Below, in pieces: positions 56,960 through 64,000 of a stretch of DNA of 64,000 nt. This DNA comes from Marsupella aquatica. Its lineage: Eukaryota > Plantae > Marchantiophyta. Each line of letters begins with the position of its first letter. The stretch's first letter is position 1. Location of the stretch: positions 1,635,573 through 1,699,572 of the forward strand of contig OZ316899.1 of NCBI GenBank assembly GCA_973895155.1. Direction: 5' to 3'. Both the position numbers and the translations under genes were made by a program. Below the pieces are notes generated by a model that worked only from the letters and a program-made list of their open reading frames with translations, was not told where the DNA came from and ran no database searches.

Positions 56960-57612
56960 CACTAGTGGAAAATAGTGTCCTTAATGACTAGAATGAGGAC
57001 TGAAAAACGAGTAATGTGTACCAATATATGACTAGAGCTTTTCTGTCATACCTGCCTCGTCTTTTAGGACAGTCAATTAAGACAAATGACTAAAACTCTC
57101 ACCAGTCATTTATGGTAGTCCTAAATGACACAATATTTCTGAAATGACATGTTATCCTAAATGACTGAATGAACGGCCGTCAGTCATTTAGGCATGTTTT
57201 TAATGACACATATTTAAACAAATCATATTACAACACGTGGCAACTATGCACGATTGTCACTATGTCACTATGTCATTATATGTCATTTCAGACATGTCAT
57301 AAATGACACAATAATAAATCATTTAAGGTGTCATTTAGTGTGTCATTGAAGGTGTCGTACATGATGTCATTAAAAATGTCATACAAGGTGTCATACAAGG
57401 TGTCATTAAGGGTGTCATACAGGGTGTCATTGTGAGTGTCATTGAGGGTGTCATACAGGGTATCATTGAGGGTATCATACATGGTGTCATTGAGGGTGTC
57501 ATACATGGTGTCATTGAGGGTGTCATTGAGGGTGTCATACAGGGTGTCATACAGGGTGTCATTGAGGGTGTCATTGAGGGTGTCATACAGGGTGTTTTTA
57601 AATAATGTCATT
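56960..57612 (+). mobile_element. Terminus of a CACTA (En/Spm) DNA transposon with subterminal repeats; the other end is not in the window
   Basis: TIR CACTAGTGGAAAA at 56960; dispersed AATGAC/GTCATT motifs in both orientations, then a 12-bp array. Confidence 0.78.
57326..57595. repeat. 12-bp tandem array (~22 units), variants GGGTGTCATACA and GGGTGTCATTGA
   Basis: Read directly. The reverse complement ATGACACCCTTA/CA resembles the maize En/Spm TnpA-binding 12-mer CCGACACTCTTA. Confidence 0.9.
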
Positions 57613-57799
57613 TGGGATGTATCTAAGAAGAGCTCATAGTTATTAATATTCAAAATCACATACAATGAATCCACTTAAAACCCTAAACAAAGACATCACT
57701 TTGCGCATCATCATTGTATTCAGAAATTCACACTCCAACATTCACAAGCTCTAATATAGAATAATTGAAAAAATAGAAGTCTGTTCAACATCACAATAA

Positions 57800-57922
57800 T
57801 GTAAACACTTTATTCATCTCCATCTATATACATAGTAGGTTGCTAAGGGAGTTGGTTGTGTAACCGCCTTAGTCCTAACCTTTGAGTAGACCTAACCTAA
57901 GGGGTTATAACACTCCCCCTTG
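57800..57922 (-). mobile_element. Possible PPT-LTR junction of a further (Copia-like) LTR element fragment
   Basis: Minus strand CAAGGGGGAG-TGTTATAAC at 57922-57904; the far LTR end could not be defined (left coordinate is a placeholder) and no coding sequence was found. Confidence 0.35.
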
Positions 57923-59285
57923 GATGCATCGTTTGTTGTGGTAAACATGCAGACATTGAAGGTCTAACATTGATAGGAAAATTAAGTGTTTCCTATGTTT
58001 GGTGATTGTTGAAGTGATTGTCTAGTAGGGTGATATAAGTTAGGGTGTAACCAACGTACATAGTACTTATTGAACTCAATGGTAACAACTTGCCAGTTTA
58101 GGTCTGAGGGAACTGAGGATCGAGAACTGAAACTGGCGCAAAAGCGGCACTGGCTTTTTGCTCCCCTTACGAGGTTATTGAAGGTTTTCGCTAAGGAATG
58201 ATAAGGGTCGTGTGGAGGAGGTAGATGAGTTGAAAGGGGAAGTCGATAGGCAGGTTTCTGTTCTATACCAAAGTTATGAGCTGCGATATGGTTGGGAGGA
58301 AAGGGAGATCCTGATTGAGGGGTTTGCGCAGTTGCTTAAGCTAGGTTGTAGTGCAAATATGATGAAGGAGACAAGATTGCCGCTGATGGATCCGCATGGA
58401 GGGAGCACATTACGTAGTTTGGTGTAGTGCTGCTTGCGGGAAAATCCGGTTGGACTCACTTGGATGACAGCATCGCGCGGAGGTGACTGAACGAAGGCTT
58501 AGGGTTAAGAAAGCAGAGAGGTGACAACAACATACGGAAGCACGGGGGGTAGTGTGGGAGATGATCACATCTACGTCTCTTTCTCTCTTATGTGCGAAGA
58601 CAGTGGAGATCGGGCACTACTAGGAGCAATTCAATAAAAACGTTGGTACTATCTTGGTGGCTTGCGCTGTGGGGTACCTCACTAGGATCCTTGAGGAGTA
58701 CATAGTGCTCCTCCCGGATCGTGGTGATGCATTACATAAGGGCTGGGACAGAGCAACGGAATTGGTTCGTGAGGGGTTCTTTGCGTAAGCAAGGCGTGTA
58801 TCTGGGATTACGCTGCTACTGAGTGACACAACTCGGAGTAAGTAAGTCGTGGGTCTGGGAGTGCGCTGCTACAGTGCTGCAACGGTTGGTGCCTGGGATC
58901 TGAGCAAGTAAGTCCTCCATATTACATGTGTGGTTCGGGAAGAATAGAACAACCGATACTCAGGTAAGGATTGGGACTGATTAAGTGTGAATTCCGTTAG
59001 GATTAGGAGTAATCGTGTTGAGAAATGGACTACTATGGACCTAGAGAAGGTGGGCAGCGTTATACAAATGATCGTGGCAGAATTGCTGGTGCACGGGGCT
59101 CGCGTTTTGGTTCTACGGGGGCGGATTGGCAGGGAGGTCGTGCTGGTGGTAGGGGCGGCCACACGTCGATGAGGGGTGGAGGGAGCGTTGATGCCAATAG
59201 ACAGTAGTATTCTCCCCAGGATGCACGCACTGGATACACTGCGGATGGCAATGGTATTGCTGAACCTCGACCTGAAACCTTTCAC

Positions 59286-61067
59286 TTGGCTCAGCGGCAA
59301 TGGGAAGCGGAGCAAAATTCACAGCAGCAAACTGCTCTGAATTCAAGACCAACAGATTTTGGAGCTGGCCGGAGCTTGAGCGAAAATTCTGGGAGGCTGA
59401 TCGGCACAAAGGGTGGAGTTGCTGAAGAGAGGCAACGACAGGGTGCGTCGGGTACCGGGAAGGTAAACGTAGATGCGGAGATGCTTGAGGAGGAAGAACC
59501 TGAGGAAACATCAGAGGAGTGCATTCGGATCCTTAAAGAAATTGGTGAGCATTCCAAAGATGATTGGCACGAGAAGCTATATACCACGGTTGAATGGAGC
59601 CTGGATGAAGCAGCTAGTAATGCTAGGAAGTTATACAACTGTATTCTATGCTTCTTCACGGACAGAACTCCTTTGCTCCCGGTTTTTCGAGAGTGGGTTG
59701 AGGAAACGATGGTGCAAGAGATGAATTGGCAGGTTCTGCAAGTTAAGTACGTAGGAAAGAATTTCTACTTGGTAGTATTTGCACAGCCTGATCATCGGGA
59801 CGCAGCGTTGGAGTATGCACCGTGGTTCATGGAACGCAGGTTTGTCTATACCTTTGCGTGGGATCCCTCGTTTGACATCAAGAATGAATCATACACTAAA
59901 TTGCCGGTCTGGATTGAGATTCCATACAGAGCATTAGTACTTGAAGGATACAGGAGGAAGATTGCGGAATCCTTTGGACAGTTGCTGTATTACATTCAGG
60001 GGGATGAGTTCAGCTCCTACCCGCATGATAGGGCCTGCATTCTATGGGACACTGAAAGGGAGATCCCGGCTAGCGCTCGGATTAGAATTAGAGATGACAT
60101 CATAATATGGCAGCCTGTTACATTCAGGAACATCCCGTATCATTGCTTTAAATGCAACCTTAAAGGTCATCTAGCTAGAGACTGTGTCATGGGAAGCACG
60201 GAAGTAGAGAATGAAGCTCCCGGATTATCTAAGAAGACTTTGGACCCGGCGGCTGCCCCTTATCGAGCGGCTGAAGTGGCAACAGATCCTCCTTCAGCGG
60301 CAGCTGAGGCACGTATTGATGGTCTTCAGTATAAGCCTGGTATGGTCCCAGTTGATACTGGAGTGGAAGCAGACATATTGCAGGTGGAAAATATTCTGTT
60401 GCAGGCTAGTGGTACACAAGGAGGAAATATTGGGGCTGCACCTGTGACTGTCGAAGATCAGAATGGTAGCAGGCCGTTTGGGGTTTTCAGGTTGGGGGTC
60501 GGACCCTCCTTTCCTGAGGACCCTGGGGATGCTGGTGTGCAGCTAGACACTTTGGGGCTTGACGAGAGGGGGACAAGGGCCAATGGTGAAGGAGTTGACG
60601 GGGGAAGGAGCCTGGGGGAATCTAGGCCGGACACTTTGCTGCAGTCGGGGACTGTTGGTGCTGATGACTACTCATTTCATGGGGATACTGACATGGAGCT
60701 CTCAGAGTACGAAGAATACATATCACGAAGTCAAACTAAACTTAGAGCAAGGAAACAAGAGCTGAGAACCCCCCCAAATCGCAAATTGGAAAAAGATAAG
60801 ATGGAAGGGAAAAAACAGCGCTCCTTAAGCTTCTCACATGAGCCGTTGTTGGTTGCAGAGGGAAGTGGACCGGGAGGTGTTGCTGCTGCCACTGAGGAGG
60901 CTGGGGAGATAGCGGAACATACGGGTGGGTCTGCCAAGCGCTTGACTCCACTGGTTGCTTCTTCTCCTGTGGGGACTCGGATCCTAGGTAACCCGGAACT
61001 GGGGGTCACTCCCCCGGCTGAAAGAATTGGCAGGGTGGCCTCACCTGGGGCTCGTCCTCGTATCTAG
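59286..61067 (+). CDS. LINE ORF1, nucleic-acid-binding protein with a CCHC knuckle (true start uncertain)
   Basis: Open 593-aa frame; APWFMERRFVYTFAWDPSF...PVWIEIP and CFKCNLKGHLARDC. Confidence 0.88.
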   Translation: MAQRQWEAEQNSQQQTALNSRPTDFGAGRSLSENSGRLIGTKGGVAEERQRQGASGTGKVNVDAEMLEEEEPEETSEECIRILKEIGEHSKDDWHEKLYTTVEWSLDEAASNARKLYNCILCFFTDRTPLLPVFREWVEETMVQEMNWQVLQVKYVGKNFYLVVFAQPDHRDAALEYAPWFMERRFVYTFAWDPSFDIKNESYTKLPVWIEIPYRALVLEGYRRKIAESFGQLLYYIQGDEFSSYPHDRACILWDTEREIPASARIRIRDDIIIWQPVTFRNIPYHCFKCNLKGHLARDCVMGSTEVENEAPGLSKKTLDPAAAPYRAAEVATDPPSAAAEARIDGLQYKPGMVPVDTGVEADILQVENILLQASGTQGGNIGAAPVTVEDQNGSRPFGVFRLGVGPSFPEDPGDAGVQLDTLGLDERGTRANGEGVDGGRSLGESRPDTLLQSGTVGADDYSFHGDTDMELSEYEEYISRSQTKLRARKQELRTPPNRKLEKDKMEGKKQRSLSFSHEPLLVAEGSGPGGVAAATEEAGEIAEHTGGSAKRLTPLVASSPVGTRILGNPELGVTPPAERIGRVASPGARPRI

Positions 61068-61116
61068 GTGTGGGGGATCGCTAGATCCTCGGGCTTACCT
61101 CTGTTGGATAGCCTGA

Positions 61117-64000
61117 ATGGATAGCCCGTGGAAAATCGCCTCTTGGAATGTGTGCGGGCTGTGTGAGCCCAATAGGAAACATGTGATCAAAAACTGGGCC
61201 GTGGCATTAAGGCCCCCTCTGGATATATTTGCATTACAAGAAGTAAAGTCAGAACAGTTCAGATTGGACATTGCCCTACGTACTATTCTACCACTGTATC
61301 AACACTTCTCTGCGGCCCCGGATGGGGGACGGGGGGGGGTCAGCCCTGCTCATACAACCCCTGCTTAAAGTGATTAGATCTGGTGCACTTGAGCTTGGGA
61401 GAGCGGTATGGGTGATTATAGAGCATACTAGTGGTATGATTGGAGTGGTAAGTGTGTATGCCCCCAACTCTGCAAGACAACGGGCTCTGTTATGGCATGA
61501 ACTCAAGGTAGAACTGCCACAAGCGAACTGGATTTTGTGCGGTGATTTCAACATGACTGAATCTAGGATGGATTCATCGAGCGGATCATCCTTACTGAAG
61601 GGACGGGAGGCAGAATTTTGGCGTTTTTTACAAGTGCGATTGGATCTTATTGATGTCTATAACCTGGGCTGCACAGTGATAGGATCCAGATACACGTGGA
61701 GACGTGTCCGGCATGCGAACCTCACACAATCTAGACTGGACAGGTTTTACCTTAGTGGTCTTGGAGGTTGGATTGCTGGCACAGTGGAGCTAACTCATGA
61801 TGGGGGCTCGTCACTGTCGGACCATGATCCCATTGTGGCTGTTTTGCGCTTTCAGATTGAGGAGAGGGATTCGGAAAGAGGTAAGTCCCACTTTTTTAAA
61901 GCTAACCCTTACGTACTCCGGGATCCGAAGAATATTGAGCAATTGGAGGTTGCTTGGCGGGCGGGGGGGGGTGGGTGAGGTGAACCCTCACTTGCGTTTC
62001 TCTCGTGCATGTCAGAGACTACGAAAAAAATATATGGAGTTGCAATCCGCACCGAGACAGTCTGAGGAGGAGTTGAACTTTCTGAGAGATAAAGTGAGAA
62101 TACTTAAGACTACTATTGTAGATGAATGCTCACTGGATGAACTGACAGAGTTTCTGCAATGGGAGGACATGCTTCACGTAGCTGAAGTTGAGACGGCGCA
62201 CCAGGCCAGACGGTTAGCCAGAACTCGGTGGCTGGGAGAAGGGGAGGAATCAACTAAATTTTACTTTGCCACAGTCAAGGCTAAAAGAGAGAGAGAAGCT
62301 ATGAGGATGCTAGTAAAGGAGGATGGATCGGTACTTACAGATTTCAAGGACATCATTGGGGAAGTAGAGCAGCAATGTGAGGCGCTTTACTCTCCTCGGC
62401 AACCATCTGAGGAGGAGCTACTAGAAAGCAGGTGCAATAGGGATAAGCTATTGCGGAGTACTAAATCAACATTCACGGCGGCAGAGATACACAAGATGGA
62501 GGCACTTCCTACGATCTCCGAGGTGCTGTGGCTTCTCCCGGAGGACAAGGCCCCTGGGACGGATGGGCTCACGGCTGAGGTTTACAGAGCCTGTTGGGAG
62601 TTCATGAAGGATGATATGGTGGCAATGATACAGGATTTCTGGCTCACAGGCGAGTTGGCTGCTGAGATCAAGGATGGCCTGATAAAGCTGATACCAAAAA
62701 AACCTGATAAAAGATACTTGAAGGACTGGCGCCCTCTGACGATGCTTAACACTAGCTACAAAATCCTGGCCAAAGTGATCGCTCTACGAATTAAGCACCT
62801 GCTATGTAACCTGATCAGTCCTCAGCAGACCGGGTTTATCCCGGGTAGACATATCTTAGAGAATATTTCGCTTGCTTGGCTTACAAGTGACTGGGTTCAG
62901 AATTGCAGGAAGGGAGCATTATTCCTAAAACTTGACTTTGAGAAAGCATTCGACAGGGTTAACCACGAGTATCTCTGGGAGTCTATGTTGCTGCTGGGAT
63001 TTAGTGGTAGGATTGTGAACATAGTTAAAGCCTTGTTCTCTAATGCCAGCTCTCGAGTACTAGTCAATGGCTTTCTTAGCAAATATTTTTTGATGTGCCG
63101 GGGGGTGAGGCAGGGATGTCCTCTCTCCCCTCTTCTATTTGTGATTTCTACCCAACCTCTCATGGATTTCTTGGATGTTGAGCTTGCGGCTGGTCGACTT
63201 GCTGGTATCCAGGTTTCAGATGTGCTTACAGTGTGCTACAGATTGTTTGCTGATGATGTGGGGATGTTCATCCCTGCAACAGAGGAAGCGTTTAGGGATG
63301 CTACTACGGCTTTGTCATGTTATGAAAGTGCATCTGGTGCTAGGCTGAACTTACGAAAATCTGTTATCATCCCACTTGCTTTGGACCTAATTCCAGACTG
63401 GCTCAAGGCTACAGGCTGCAAGATTAGTGAGCAAGGTGAAGTGCAGAAGTATCTGGGTGCTCCATTTGGTATTGGACTCTCAGTGGGTAATTTACATCGC
63501 TTCTCCCTGGATAAGGTTGCTGCACGCTTGTCCTCTTGGTCAAATAAATTGCTGTCCTTCACAGGTCGGACGTTGCTGGTGAAACATGTGCTCATGGCAA
63601 TACCAATATATCACGTAATGTATATGAAGGCCTCGAAGGGCTGGCAAAGAAACTGATTGCGCTGTGCAGGGATTTTCTATGGGGTTATAATCCTGCGGGC
63701 GGGAAGAAGATTCCGCTGGTGGCATGGGACAAGATGGCTCGCCCTAAGGTGGATGGCGGACTAGGGTTTCGTGACTTTAGAAGTCACTCTGATGCGTTAC
63801 TTACTCAGTGGTTTATGAAGGCCTTGGACTATCCCAACACGGAATGGGCTGGCATGCTTGCTGATAATCTGAGTCTTATTGGATGGCTGAATTTCAGGGT
63901 GATTAGGCGAAATCACTACACATTTGCAGATAAGCTGCTTTTATGTACTCCAAGATCTTGCTGCGGGCTGACATACACTTGGGAAATCTGGAAGGCCTGG
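61117..64000 (+). pseudogene. LINE ORF2 (APE endonuclease and RT), frameshifted at poly-G runs (~61330, ~61965) and near 63650
   Basis: SWNVCGL, LQE, GDFN, SRLDRF, SDHDP; KAPGTDG, KLDFEKAFD, GVRQGCPLSP, LFADD. Confidence 0.92.

Larger units (their letters stand above)
58100..64000 (+). mobile_element. Second L1-clade LINE, running off the right edge; 5' boundary approximate
   Basis: ORF1 and ORF2 are homologous to the minus-strand LINE; the leader also shows similarity. Confidence 0.9.

Noticed and set aside
57297-57674. ORF encoding (DTLY/DTLN)n tetrapeptide repeats
   Set aside because: It is the translation of the 12-bp CACTA subterminal array; several frames are open for the same reason and there is no other coding evidence.
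58349-58356. TAGTG+CAA as the right end of the CACTA element
   Set aside because: The TIR match does not extend beyond 5 bp, and it lies within the LINE leader.

Overview
Eukaryotic, gene-free nest of transposable elements. No host gene, rRNA, tRNA gene or CRISPR array is evident. The element types (Athila-like Ty3/Gypsy, plant L1 with zf-RVT, CACTA) point to a plant-lineage genome, probably non-seed; that assignment is inference. Boundaries, most fixed by TG..CA termini and target-site duplications (TSDs), resolve about 12 nested insertions: Athila-like Gypsy elements A (+, 2501-16610) and D (-, 32905-44058); a non-autonomous gag-protease Gypsy B (18178-27115, 4-bp TSD); a full-length L1 LINE (32933-40265, 17-bp TSD); a second L1 (~58100 to the right edge); and a CACTA end (56960) with a 12-bp subterminal array. 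Two results stand out. (1) A minus-strand Gypsy element (47978-55869) encodes gag, aspartic protease, a DNMT3-like C5 cytosine methyltransferase, RT, RNase H, integrase and a C-terminal PHD finger, apparently as one polyprotein now broken by a few lesions. It is strongly CpG-depleted. (2) At least five distinct families of ~4-4.5 kb LTRs each carry a ~800-1100-codon ORF, in the clearest cases just behind a TATA box, so solo LTRs may be self-contained expression cassettes. All of this was done by eye, without alignments or database searches.
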